Of a stretch of 64,000 nucleotides of DNA, positions 14,265 through 28,534 are shown piece after piece. The position numbers and the translations under genes were made by a program. This DNA is from Lingula anatina. Its lineage: Eukaryota > Animalia > Brachiopoda. The notes beneath the pieces are model-generated. The model made no database searches and had not been told where the DNA came from. It worked only from the letters and a program-made list of their open reading frames with translations. The stretch covers positions 11,966,001 to 12,030,000 of the forward strand of contig CM120646.1 in NCBI GenBank assembly GCA_051362555.1, given 5' to 3'. Numbering within the stretch: the stretch's first letter is position 1; each line of letters opens with the position of its first letter.

Positions 14265-15649
14265 TAGTTTGGCAGAATTGTCATAATCCAAATTAAACAT
14301 CTCTTGCCCTTATGTAAAGGGGCATTTCCTTAATGTCATAACCGAAAATCTTCATTTGACCAAAATTAAAAATTTTCATTTATTAAGGAACTAGCCCTCA
14401 CTTTTTAATCTTTTTTATTGTGTGAAATATTTCATAAGAACCAACATTATTACCCCATTTCAGTGAATACAAGCCCAATCAATTTTATTCAAATTTTAAT
14501 GAGCAATCACAGGAAACTGTCACAGACACCATTCACTATACAATCAATTAATCAATCAATCAGTTATAATCATAAAATAATATATAAAGTTGTGAGAAAA
14601 AAGATTCACAAAGACACACTCTTGGCCTGATGACTTTCGGATTTATTAACAATAAATTCATTGATCTGGTGGTAAGATGTAGACCTTATTTAGGATCTGG
14701 AGATCAGAACATTTCTCACATCATCCCAAAGGAGAAACTTCTCGGGCACTTACAGCCTCCTGTAAATTGTGTATAATATATCACCCCCTCCCTGTCTACA
14801 AACATGTCCTTTTTTAACTCAGAAACACATGCTCAAAAAAAAAGAGAAATATTCCCACTGTATGTCAACACAGACGAGTGTGTCAAGTGCTCTTTGAGAG
14901 ATTTGCACCCCACGAACCTTAATCAAGCGATCAAGTAGCTCTGGGAAATATATCTTCAGTCAATGTAGAGAGCGCAATTCATTATGGAGATTCTTCTCAC
15001 TAGTAATAATGGCCTTTGACATAGAGTTCACGAAAAAACAATTGGAAATAAATATCATTTCAGGATTAGCTTGATAGGATACTTTTGGTGTAACTACGGA
15101 AAGAGAATATTTCAACTGAATACAGAACAAGAAAATCTGATGACTTTTCATTGATATGCACATAGGTTTTCATCTGGATGAGTTTTCAGTCTATCAATAA
15201 ATTCTAAGGGACTATCTCTTGAACTAAGACATCTGACATTTTTTTTTTGAAAGATAATTCATAACTTCAAAGAGCCTTGAGATCAGGCAGTTCACATACA
15301 TCTACACTTCACAATCATGAAAGCATGTTCTTGGGCACCCAGAACAAATTCCCTCGCAATCCCAGCACCGAACACTCAGACAAGAAACAGAGCACTGCTC
15401 TAGGCATAATTTCAATGGGTGTTTAAAGCAGTTTATGAAACCTGAACCATTTTCTCTCTGCCACATCACAATCTGAAACAAATCCCAGACAGATCACATT
15501 TGTCCTAGAACAGTGGCCATAGCTGACCACTATCCCTGGGAACTGACCACAAGACCATAAAATCCCAACTGACCACAGTCGGCCATATTCTGACTGATCC
15601 TCCAATAACCAAATGACCACAACTGCCAACTTCACAACCAAAACTGGAC

Positions 15650-15855
15650 ATTACTGGACAAAAATGTGAATTGCCAAGAGCTAAAGGTCAAACAGCACTA
15701 CTGGACATAAGAAACCTGTACACATTTTCATCAGTGACCAGGAAAAGACAGATTACTGGACAAAAATGTGAATTGCTAAGAGCTAAAGGTCAAACAGCAC
15801 TACTGGACATAAGAAACCTGTACACATTTTCATCAGGGACCAGGAAAAGACAGAT
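15650..15855. repeat. 102-bp tandem duplication, 2 near-identical copies
   Basis: TTACTGGACAAAAATGTGAATTGC...GACCAGGAAAAGACAGA begins at 15651 and again at 15753. Confidence 0.9.
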
Positions 15856-18800
15856 TTGGTTCAGTTTGGTCACAAAGAGTGCAAAAAAGCATATGTGTTT
15901 AAAATTTAATCATTAAGGTGGTATAGCAAAGATGGATCATTCCCACTTAAGATAATCAAGAATATTTTATCTCTATGGTCACCTTGTCATTAATTTTGTC
16001 CAATGACTCACCATGTGCAACATCAATAACGACTCATTCTGGGCAAGGAAAATGAATATTTTTATTGGAGTCAATTTATAAGTTATACACTGCTTCTGTA
16101 CAGCTGCTAGGAAGAACCAAAGTCTGCCCAAACCTATATATAATAATACCACATAACTAACCACACAATCTGCCATGCCAGAGCTCAGACCCAAACTGGA
16201 GGCCACTCTGGCAAATTCACCATTTCTAATATCCATATTAAGGTCCTATACCCCCAAATATCAGGCCCCTGCTTCATAACTGAGACAGGCAGTAAGAAAC
16301 AAACTTAACATTCCAAATTCTTGAAAGCATTTTTGCCATCCTTGTTCGGGCTCTGTATAAATTCCCCTGGCCCCTGCCTGGAGTGGCAATGAGGGCAGCA
16401 TGCATTCCCAAGTTAACAGCCTTTCCCTTTACTCATCATTTCACAAATTACATAACAGCGCCAACTTGATGGATCACTCTTGACAATCCCCTTCCCCAGC
16501 AGCGGGAATCTGAGGGGTCATCTCAAAAAGGAAGGGGGGGGAAAAACACAAACTGATTCCTTCTGACCACCTGGACTCTTTCAAAGGTGCACTAAAAAAC
16601 CCAAAACTATTTAGTAGTTTTGTTTGTAAAACATGCAAAATGTCTCAAGTTCCATTAAAAACTGCTAATTCAACTTTGGTCTAAGGAGGGCGCCTTTGAC
16701 TTTACTGTTTTTGGGAAACTATTTTGGGAAAATTCAGACCCAGAAGCACTAAATAAAATTTCACTGCCATCCAAACATCTGAATCCTTTTTCTTGTTGAA
16801 CGAAATTGTGATTTCACAGTCCTTATTTTCAATCTTAACAGATCTTTGTATAAACAGGACAGAAAAAATAATGCACCATAGAAGAACTCGTTTCAGGATT
16901 TGTGGAAGTACCTTTAAAATTTATATCGACTTTTTTTATCAAAAATTATTTAACTTGATTCTTAATTATTAAACCAATATGTCTAAGAGCTGGTGATTTT
17001 TATCCTTCATAATGAAATCCACTTGAATTAAAATAGCAAGTCTAATGATTTTGTGGACTTCAAGACAGTGTTTGAGTGAAGAAATATGGTGAGTACATTC
17101 ATCATCAGTGTATGACACTCCAGAAGAACTTCTTTGCTGCCATATTTGGACAAGATAAGACCATTCCAATGCTTTATATAAATCAAAGCGCCATGGACTA
17201 AAAAAAATTTTAATATGGAACTAATTTCTTATTACATTTGTTTAAATTATAAAAACTTGATCAAAAAGAATTATCTAAGTTTTTTAGTTCTATTTAAAGT
17301 GATCTATTTTAATATTTGTAATTCATATACAACCACAATTTCAAAGCAACAATGTTTAAGTCAACATGCAAAATACTATTTTGGCAAAGCAGAGATCTTA
17401 TCTGTCATAAAATTTCCCCTTTTCCTTATTCAAATAAGTCAGTCGCTAACAGTTATTCCTCCACACCAAGCCTCAAAATTTTCAGAGTCTACACAATATT
17501 CAAGTTGCGCCCCGCAGACCACAAGGCCAATTACACCAAATTACTGACCCCACACCTGCCTGAGTAGAAAGACTATACATCACAACACCACCATACCACT
17601 CTCAGGGCTTACATAATACTTGTAGACTGGACTGGCAGTGGGGGTGTCCATTACAGTGATAATGATTTCATCACCCTGAAACCCACATGTTGTGCAAACG
17701 TAAACATCCTGAAAACCACAGGTTGGTTCATTTTGATACCCCGAGTGTCACCTTTATGTAATGCTTATAACAGACTCTATTTCGTTGGTTATTAGGAGGG
17801 TCTACTTCAGCGGCAATTCTCTCAGCTCCTGGAAACTCATAATTAATCTCTTCACACCCTGACCATCATAAACTAGTCATTTGCAACACTTCAATTCAAC
17901 ATATTTTATAAGATTCATGTTACCAGTAATATTAATAAATTCTGTAACTTATGTGTAGCAAGTCTTTCATAGTATGTCAAGTATGTAAATCAAGAGCTAT
18001 GGCACTGATGAGAATTGTTACTTGTAACATTTCATCTTCTAACTGTGGTAAAATTATTCCATTGAATTAATTCCTTTCATCTAGGTTAAGGCAAAATAGG
18101 TTTTTCATCATCTTTGGGTAATGATGATAAACAAGTTAATTTTTTCATAAAGTCTGTAGCATCTTTTTATCTATAAGGAAAGATGTTCTAACCCTTACCT
18201 CCTAGATAGAAAACATGCTTAATTCTCTTTAGAAATGATTGACCTTTTTATCATATTATCATTGCATGTCTATTTTATCTTCCAATTTGTTTATTGATAA
18301 GTCTGTGGCTATTAAACTTATCATTGTGCAAACAAACATTTCAATTAAACTCATTAAATGTCAGAAGAATATCCAGTTATTTCAACCTCTATCATTCCCA
18401 ATCACTGAAAAACAAACAGAATTGGATCCAGATGCAAGCTAGTACTCATTGATAAATAAAATTGGTCAAGTTTCACATCACATTAATGTATTCCATCATG
18501 GAAAATGGCATATTTTTAAAAGAATATAAAATTACCCACCATGCATCTATTTATCTTCACTCACGAAGATAGATGCAAATCTTGTTTCCTAAAGTTTCAC
18601 CGATCAGGTATTTTATCAAGATTCAAATATCACATCTGTTTCATCAAAGATCATACTGCACAAGTATTCTCAAAGGTTTGTATGCTTTTTTGCATTAAAG
18701 ATGGATAAATTGCCACCTTTTTAAAAAGGTTAATATATCAAAAACACATATATACAGTATATATAAGTAAAATATTTCTTTCAAAAGTATTTTTTTCAAT

Positions 18801-19068
18801 CTGTCTACAGTTTTGCTCAAAATATTCAATTCTTTTGAAAATAAAATGTTTTATGAGAAAATAACATATGTTACAATGTCCCTTATTTACACAACACATG
18901 TATGCAATGTATCAAACTGACATATGTTGACAATATACATCTTACGAAGTGAGATGCAATCAGACAAATTTTAAGTTGGAAAATCAAAACTGCGTCACCA
19001 GCTGGCCAAATAACTGAGGCACCACATAGCAAACTCGGGAAACATTCACAACCAGTTAACCTGCGGGC

Positions 19069-19212
19069 TAACTGATCTGCAGAACAAATATGGCAGACCA
19101 ACTTGAAGGCTTTCTGCATAATTTCCCAAATAGACACTGAACAGATTTCCTGTGGGAATTCCAAAACAACCTTTCAACTGGGTCGGCCATATTTGATCCA
19201 CAGATTAGTTAG
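19069..19212. mobile_element. old fold-back/MITE-like element, related to 48453-48630
   Basis: AACTGATCTGCAGAACAAATATGGCAGACC pairs imperfectly with GGTCGGCCATATTTGATCCACAGATTAGTT. Similar arms occur at about 48470-48610. Confidence 0.55.
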
Positions 19213-22200
19213 TCTGTGGATCAACTTTGGTTGTGAATGCTTTATATCCATATTGGCCTATCTGGTGGGTATTCCAGACCTAAACCGGCTTAAATGGTAA
19301 ACCAGTCTTAACGCGGCTTTATGTTATCACAATGGTCAAATCAGTAAAGCTGATAATCTGACCTTTTGTAACTGTTGTTATATCTGCTTATGTCACCATA
19401 CATTTTGGAGGCATGGGCCTGCATGGTACGTTATTGTCTCATCATGTGTGTGATATATTTCCCTTTATGCAGATTGGAGGACGGAGTGGACACTGGAGTA
19501 ACCACGATCATTTCTTATTACATGCTTCATCCTTTTTTAAAGTATATATAATGCACTCTAGACTTAACTATGGTAGAAGAAAATTTTATGAAAATTTGAA
19601 AAAATTTTCCACAGACAAGGTATGTCCTATCCCAAACTGTTGTGATTATTATTATCTATAAGACAAGAATATGACAATTCCTACTTTCTACTTTTATTCT
19701 ACAGGCAAAAGTCAATTGTTTCCATGTGCATTACAAAAGTGCTTCAAGAAAACAGAAATCCAAAAACAGATATATAGATCATAATATTGGCAAAGGAAAA
19801 TCCTTAAAATTTCCAGCAAAATTTCTTTTTTTTTTTGTGATATTAAGGTCTAACTCTGCCATTTTTTCACTAACCTTAAGGTAAAGATTAAAAACAAATT
19901 ACCATTTTGATTATATAAAATGAATTGCCATATGATATAATTGTCTTTGTTAACATCAGTATTACATTTCTCCATAATTTTCCCCATTTGCCAACATATT
20001 TGGATTTTCTTCAAACTGCTACATCTGAGGCCCTTCAAACTTGCATGAATCAAATCCTTTCTTTCTTTCTTCAGTGAATGTTGCAAAAAATATTTACTAC
20101 GCAGGATTTCTCAGAGATATGTATATTCATGATGCTCATTATCTATAATCATAATCACAACTAAAAAGGAGGGTGCAAAAAGTAATGCAAAAAAGGTGGC
20201 CATTTTTTTCACCAAAGCTCTCCCAGCAGGACAACACTTAAACACATTTCCCACTTTGATCTCCGTTATCTAAATAGGTGCCTTGTTTGTGAGCTTTAAC
20301 ATTTGGTTCTCATTCCTTCTGCAATGGGTGTGCAATCCATCACCATTACACAATGTGTAACTGACCACTGCTGACCAGTCTCCACTGACCACTGCCCAGT
20401 CTTCAGCCAGTCCATGGCATGTTCACACAGTTTTTTTTTTCTTTTCTTTCTTTTTTTTTTTTGTTTGTTTGTTTGTTTTTTTCTTGCTTTTTTTTTTTTA
20501 GTTTTTTTTTTCTTGGGGGGGGAGGGGGGTATTTCCAAAGCATGTTTAAAACCCCAATTATGAGGTCACACCAACATGAAAACAATAACAATTTCACATT
20601 TAACCCCCAAGAATAATTCTAAAGGGTGTAATTATTTATAATCATGAGAGACCTTTGCACAGCAACAAATTTTTTGGAAGCAATTTTCGGACACACTAAA
20701 TTGGTTTTCTTTGCTCAAAAAATTTGCACAGTAAGACCAATTTCCATTTTTCCCACTTAAATCCAGAACCCCTGACGTTAATTTTACAAAACATGATGCC
20801 GCATTTGCATTGCAAGGTTGGGAACACACGCACGCACAAACACAAACACACACACACACAAGCTCAGGAGAAGTGCAGTCTACTGTAAATATTACATGAT
20901 CAGGCTCGAAAAAAAAAAAAGCTGACTACATTAAGTTTGTACTAATTACCTTGACAACATGCTGTGACAATAGCAGGGATATTACAAACAACTCTTGATG
21001 AGTTTGTGTCCTGCTGTCACAGCTCTTTTGAACCTGGGGTTTGTTCTCAATAAGGAGCTTTTGCCTGAAAACAGGTCTTAACTTTTAGTCTGCTAACTAT
21101 TTTAGTTTAATTTCACCCCAGATCGATCAGTAATACCTCAATCAAATGAAATATCATACCTTTTTGTAGAACAGATAAGCCATGACTCGGGCCAATAAAA
21201 ACTTATTTAAGGACCAGTACATATGGAAATTATCTTAAATTAAAATAGCCAAAGTGTGTTGCCTAGAGATTTTTGGGCTGTGTAACTTTTTTTGGAGAAC
21301 CGACTCAGAGCTTTTACAATGGGACGTGCCAGTTTGGCACCTGGTCTAAAATTTGTGGTGAGTAAACGCAGCCAGTAGACTGACCAGTCCACACCACAGG
21401 TCACTTGTCAGGCTCTCCTTGTGTTCTTGAGTTTCACTCACATAGTTTTGAGTCATTATCAGCAACCTAAGCATTCATTCCGTGTGCAAAATACATTTGC
21501 AGAAAAACCCATGTCCAAGGGGGGGGGGGAGGGGGGGGAGGAAGTGGGCACAGCCAACAGCCACATTTCCTTTTATGGGGCAAGGGTCAAATCATAATGC
21601 ATCAATATTGCATCATCAAAGTTTTTATTTCTTAAAACTGAAATGTGCCTTTTTTTTATTACTTCAATATGTGTTAAAAGGCTTACATGTACTGATTGGC
21701 ACAACTCTAATTTAAATGGTAATAACTGAAATGCCTGGTGGCATTTTTTCCCTATATTTTGAGGCTTAGTGATAGTATCTTTAATAAAGAAAAAACTTAT
21801 TAAATTCTACAGCATATCTCCGTAAGGTTTAAATTTATAAGCTGTTCCAATACAGAAAATTAACTGAACATACGGCACCGCAAGCATATTAGAGTGCATT
21901 ACCCTCCCCGAACATAAATATGTATAAGAAAGTAATTTAATTGTGGGGGTCAAGCGCACTTCCTCTGGTCAGTTGTTATTCCAGCCAGTTTCCCATTACT
22001 GACCAGTCTAAACATACAATGTAAATCACATGGAAATAAAGTGGGCTTGCTACAACTTAGATAAAAGTTACTTTACTGGTTAGATGGTTCCAATTCCTTT
22101 GAAAGAAGACTATTTATTCTCACACCTATCATAAATATTCTCTGTGTTGAATGGGGCATACACTTAATGTCTTGAAAGGGGAGGGGGGGGGGGGGGTAGA

Positions 22201-25200
22201 GAAGGCAATATCCACCTGTATCTGTGTAACTGGTACAGAGTTAATAAAAGTTTTCAAAAATTTTGATTTTTTTTTTCTCCTTTTTTTTCCCATTCTTCCC
22301 TAAATTTTGGTTATGTGCCTCTTAACATGACTAAAGCTGATGTGTCATCAAGGATTTTCCATTTAAATGGTCCAGGTAAATTAAATACCGCCATACTGTC
22401 CATGGCTAACAAGGTATCAAAACTGCACAAAATACACACTTTCTGACTGTACACAGAACGATTAGGCGATTACACATAAAATATGACACATTTCCTCACA
22501 ACAGATGTGCACCATAAGTACCGCAAATCCCATAGTGGATATCTTCTTTTCTGAGAAAGAACTCAGTCACCTCCATTTCTACAAAATACAGTGAAAGAAG
22601 AAGCAAGAGCTAGCAGGCAAAAAAGGAAGAAAAATTTGAGCACTTAGGCTAGCCATTGATAATGATAACCATTGATCAACAATGGTCATTGTTGAGTAAG
22701 AATAAAAAAAAACATAAAAAGAAAAAAATCCAAAAAGGTGCATGTCTGTGAGAGATGGAACAGAGACAGAAAACTAAGTCTGAAAGTATTACATAACAGG
22801 TCGAGACTATCTGGACTAAGCACTGACTTAATATAATTTAAGGCATTTCCACCCAGCACCTTCTTCTGTCAGCTAATGGGGAATAACAGGCGTGCAAAAG
22901 GGAGCATCTCAAAGAGAAATAATGTACTAAAAAATCATAATTGTCCAATTCCTATATATGTAGAATGTTTTTTTTTTTTTTTGTCTTCATGAATTTCAGA
23001 GTTTTATTCATGAATTTCAGAGTTTTATAAACTTTTTAAGACAACATTAATAACTTTTAATATGTAAAACTGAGTTTTTAGAAAGAAACCATGCAGAAAT
23101 TTATTTTCACCTGTGACACATTTTTGTTTTTATTTCTATCTTGCTTTTGGTGTTAATGAAAATAAAATATTGCATTGTTACAAAATGATAGTATCTAAAT
23201 GACTGTACTCATCTTAATGCCCCAGGAAGAAATGTAGCCATTAGTCATGTACAGAAAGGCCGAGCATGCTTGGGAGATTATGCAGAGGAAAAATACATAA
23301 GTCAGTTTTCAAGAAAACTTTTACACACACACACACACACACACACATCTAAATTTCAACAAAAAAAGAGACTCAATGTCAATGAACCACAAAGCTACTT
23401 CAAAATTCAAAAAAATTATTTCATAGATTCTGACCTTTGTAAAAGAAAATATCTTAACACCTTCCTCCAAAAACTCACAAAAACTCCACTGACTTCAGGG
23501 GCATAATGAATAACTGTGACCAATCTTCCCAATCTTTTATTCCAAATTAAAATCTCTGAGGCATAAATTGTTCACTGTTGCCTAATGCATCCACAACGAA
23601 GAGTCAGAGGTCAGTTCAAGTGCATAAACGAGAAGTAGGGAAACCTCAGTGAATTATCACACTTAGATGTAATGAAAATAAACAAATACAAAACCGTACA
23701 AAAAGAAACATTACAAGGGAAGAACAGAGAGCAGCACCACAAGCATGTTCCCCGTCAAAAGAAAATCATGATTTTTCCACTGGTCAATAGTGGTTCATAA
23801 GAGAGGCGAAAGTGTTACATCACCAGTGCTATATGCACCACGGTAACCACCCGTAAGAGAAGAAAAGAAAGCAAGGACTCGGCAACAGAGTAATTGCAGA
23901 ATTAATTGAACCAATTTCCACCAAGCCATCTGCCGACTAAAGAGTTACGCAATCGTTACTGCTGTATCAAAATTAATCGCACAAATAACACTAGGGCTTT
24001 GAGATTATGCGAGTTGGGGCTAACAATGCATCCCATTGCCGTGCTTCAGCGTAACTTTAAGTCAACACCGCCAATCAATTGTCCGCATTTGTCTGCATTT
24101 GTCTACCCTGTTGTGTGGAATTCAATGTCCTTGGGCAAATAATTCGCTGCCATCCAATGGAAGTGGTCATTGGGACCTGCGTATAATACTTCCACAATAT
24201 CGACCCAATCTGCAGTAATATTGCCAGAGCTTGGCAAAAGGCATGTTCCCCATTCAATAGACTCTGCTTATCCCAGTCCATATAACCAATTACCGCATCT
24301 AGGGTCTCCCAGCGCAGAGCTCAATAAGAAATATCCACACCAGGGTCTTTCAAGCTTAGGCCCAGGGGGCCCCAGCTATGGATTTCCATTGTTATAATAT
24401 GAATGGTCAGTTTGGATCAATACTTCTGTGAGCCTTATGGGTTTGTGTAAATATGAGATTATGCAGGAGGCCATAACTCACCAGTAACTCCATGAGCCTT
24501 TCCACTCAGGGGTCAAGCAGACAGAAATATCTCAACGAGTGCTGTAATCTGTTTAACTGACCACTGAAACTGACCGATCTGGAACAGTCTAGACTTTTCC
24601 TAGAGCAGTATAGCACTGGTTACTTAGACTGAGAATTGATTTTTTTTCATCCAGATTTGGACTGTATATATCTGTTACCGCTCTCAGCTCTGGGTTTTGT
24701 ATATTTAAACATACTTACATTACAAGAAATTATCTCTAGGTTACAGGGATCCTTGTGTTGTCAAGTGGTTTCACGAGGCTAATCAAAGAAGATAAATTAA
24801 AGACGCCCCTCTTCCAATTTGGCTAAATAAAAGGCCAGATAATTAACTCAATCAGACAACAACACCCTCGTCTAATTTTGTTACCTAAGTAGGCAGATAT
24901 AAATTGTCCCACTTCGATTGAAGATCACTCTGAGGGTATTTATTACCATCCTTTTGCTTAAATTGTTGCTCAAGAAGGGTAAATCCGTCAGTTTTGAGAG
25001 TAAAATTTGGGATAGAATTTAAAGCAATCGGATCATTTGGCAAAAATGGAATCGAGCAGATTTAGTGTTGGGGATGTCCTTGCATACTCCTGCCTTTTAA
25101 TTTAACTTGTTGATTTTTTTTTTCATTCATTTATTTTAAGTATTTTTTAAAGGAAAGAATATCAATAGTTGCTTTCTTCCCCTTTTTTATTTGGTGGAGG

Positions 25201-27891
25201 TTTTGATCAACAGAATCTGAAACAACAATGAGAATTTGTTTCTTAAACACATTTTCTTTTCTACAATGGTTTCATAAAATCAGTTTTACTGGTACGTAAC
25301 AAGTGAGAATTTCAATATTTTCCCCCCAACAGCCCACAAAACAAAATCCCCAGTTTTTTAACAAAAAAAACATTTGCAACATTCATTTAATTACTATCAT
25401 AACTGTTGTTATTGTTGCTCTGATGGAAACCCTCTAAATAAAAGATTTTGTCAAGTAAAAATTTTTGAAGGAGATAGATACGGAAATTTATTAATTCCCT
25501 TGCCCCACACCTGACCTTACAATATACCACTCACTGATGTGACCAGGTACATACCCATATATGTATAATAAATATGTACTTGGGAGTATATCTCAAGTTT
25601 TCATCAGTAAAACATAGGGTCCTATCTGAAGTCCAAATCGGCCAAATGACCACTCTTGATGTGCACTTCTCTTCACTCATTTTAAGGTCCACTTTTCAAC
25701 TGACTAATAATGAACTTCAAGTTTATGACACATGGCCTATACATGTTTTATTTATTTATTTTTCCTCTTATTCGTCCATCCCGAAGTGACCCAATGATTT
25801 TCTAGTGATTTAAGTGAGGTAACAAATTTCTACACCAAAATGTACAGTAAGGATTTCTTTGGTGTTCATTTAATCATCAAGAAAATGATGGTGCACTTGA
25901 AATACATAGGTCTTACTAATCCGTTACCAATATTTTCATATCATATTCATTAAAATGACACAAAAAAGACTGTGGGAAAAACAGTGCCATAAAACAAAGC
26001 CATTAAATTTTAGGCACTGCATTTTTATATGTGCAGCAACATTTGCCCTTAGAGAAAAAGCACAAAAAGAATTACAACAGTCATGGTACATAGAAACTAT
26101 CCTCACACAAAATGGCTTCCATTCCCATCATATCCCAAGGTAAAAAGTAATAAAATCAAATAACAATTATTTGAACCCAATCTAAACCTCCTGGCAGATT
26201 ACTAGTGGTAAAAAATATTCCAAAAGAAGAAATGAAGTCAAGTGTTTCAAAGGAGAACAAGCTATAATTGCTCCCCCCCCCCTCACACACACACATATAT
26301 ACACACACACACACACACAAGCACACACACACATGCTTACACACACACACGCACACACACACGCACACACACACGATCAATCAACCACCGAGCTGCATGT
26401 CATTAACTAGAAAACAGACGCCACCAACAGAATCAAAGTTAGATCGTTCATATGTATGCTGGCTAGCTGTAATAATTATGCATCATAGTTACCAACAGGC
26501 ACTGCTGACACTAGGGAGAATCATGGTTAATACAGAGGAGATGCTGCATTATTCATGAGGCTACCAGCATGGTCATGTTTAAGTTAACGATGGACGGAAA
26601 TCATCGCTGACTGCTAAAGGTGCAGGAAAAGGCATAAAATAAAAGAATACAGGCATATCTGAAAACAACACATGTTCTAGTTTATGGGCACTTCATTTTC
26701 ATTAGGTGCTTTTAATCGTATCTAAATGAAAAAATAACTGAATTATAAGCATCACAAATACGTTGAATAAATTCTAAACCCATCATCAATTTATGTTCCA
26801 CTCAAAAAAATATTGCATTTCAAATATCAGACCTCTAGAGAAACTAATAAGATTACTGAACAATTAATGATGAAGTATCTAACCCACGCATAATACAGAT
26901 TAACCCATTTCCATGCCCCTTAACTCAAGTAATCCTCTAAACAGAACACGAAAACTATGTTCTATTATCACCTGAATCTAGAAAACAACTTACTAATACC
27001 TTGTCAGGCCTCTAATTATTCACACCTCTCCTAATATCCACTACTGATGAAATCAAGAAGGAGCTCCATTTAAAGTGTTAATTGCCTCCCCTTATGCCTT
27101 ATTCTCTCTATCTTATTTCCTGCTAATTTGTTACAAACTGTTTCTGCAATGCACTAGGTATTTAGTATAAATGGTCTGAATGAGAGAGAGGGGGGGGGTC
27201 TAAATGAGAGAGAGAGAGAGAGGGGAGGGGAGAGAGAGTTGAATAGCAGTCAAGTTTTCCACATATTTTCAGGCTATCTAGCTATCTGCTTCTTTATATC
27301 TTACTCAGTATATCTACCGCCAGCAGTGCCAATATGAAGGACCTTTTTTTAAACAGTTCTTAGTGTGCTTCATCAATTCAATATTTCATCATTAATCTAG
27401 CAAAAGCACATCCAGTGAAGTGCCTAACCATGTTAATCTTTTGTCATGCCAACACGCCAGTTATAAAAACACTATTCATTTTTGACATTCTTTATGATAT
27501 CCATTCGCATATGCTCCTAGCTGAGTATTTAGCACCCTTTCCTAGAATGTAGTCCTTGTTTAAAATCGAACGTAAGGCCATAAGTTGACTCTTGTCTCAT
27601 CAATGGAAATAACGTTTCCAAACCAACTTCCTCCCTTCCCCTTCATTTCCCTCATTACTCCCATTCCATTGACCAAACCTTTTAAATATTGCGCCTTAAC
27701 AAAGGATATGTGCCCCTGACAAAACACAACTACAAGCAGAACAAACAAGTATTCAGTTGTGTGCTCTCAGGCGTGACGACCTATATCGACAAATAACCCC
27801 TCCTCTGCCCTATGCCACACTCCCACACACACACGCACATACGTGCACGTACAAACACATTCACACACACACACAAATTATCAGTACTTAC

Positions 27892-28147
27892 TCCATAAAC
27901 TAAACATAGACTCGGTGGTCGGGAAGAACCCCATCCCTGCTGTGGAACCCCCAGCCGCCGTCATGGAATTAAACCCTGCCCCCATGGCTGCGGCCGCACT
28001 GGTCATTCCTCCGGCAGACATCCCTGGGCCAATCCCTGGGGCCTGGCCCGGGGAGGTCTGACCCCCCTGCATCTGCCCATTGTTATAAACCAGTGGGTTC
28101 ATCTCCATGCCCCCAGTAGACATGTTTATCAGTCCACCTCCGTCCAT
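27892..28147 (-). CDS. alternative first coding exon (Gly/Met-rich N-terminus) of the PAR-bZIP gene, isoform 2
   Basis: GC-rich 85-codon ORF MDGGGLINMSTGGMEMNPLVY...TESMFSLW. Strong Kozak (ccaagATGG). Strong donor TGGA|gtaagta in phase 1, matching the phase-1 acceptor at 1325. In-frame TAG just upstream and no phase-1 acceptor, so it is not an internal cassette exon. Confidence 0.75.
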
Positions 28148-28496
28148 CTTGGTTGCCTATTAATTCCGCCTCCTCAGCACAGTCCAGTCAGTCAGGTAAC
28201 TTTACGCCACTTTCTGCTTGGGCGATTCTAAAGTGCGTGTTTTGTATCCTTACTTTATCTTCCAGAGTTGGCTTAAAGTTACTTTCCTTTAAGCCACCAA
28301 GGCACAGCACGTACGAAATAAAGTCCACCTGGATGGAAAAAGCCACCACTTCAATTTAAATGGTGTTTGTTCCACAGCCAAATACTGTCCAGTTTTTTTT
28401 TAATTATCTGGCCAATTTTCACTTGACCCTTAAAATGAAAAAAAAAGTCCTTGAGAAGTATACCTGAATTTGAGGTAGTGTCCACTAAAATACCTG

Positions 28497-28534
28497 AGAC
28501 TGGTCACTCTTTTACAAACCTCTGGTCATTTATA
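28497..28534 (-). promoter_or_regulatory. candidate TATA box (TATAAAT, 28534-28528) with Inr-like CCAGTC ~30 bp downstream, for isoform 2
   Basis: Minus strand reads ccagtgTATAAATgacc...gaccagtctcag. Spacing fits a TATA-Inr core promoter about 350 nt upstream of the ATG at 28147. Confidence 0.4.

Noticed and set aside
15671-15916. 81-aa ORF with an internal 34-aa repeat
   Set aside because: By-product of the 102-bp tandem duplication; TTG start and no splice or motif support.
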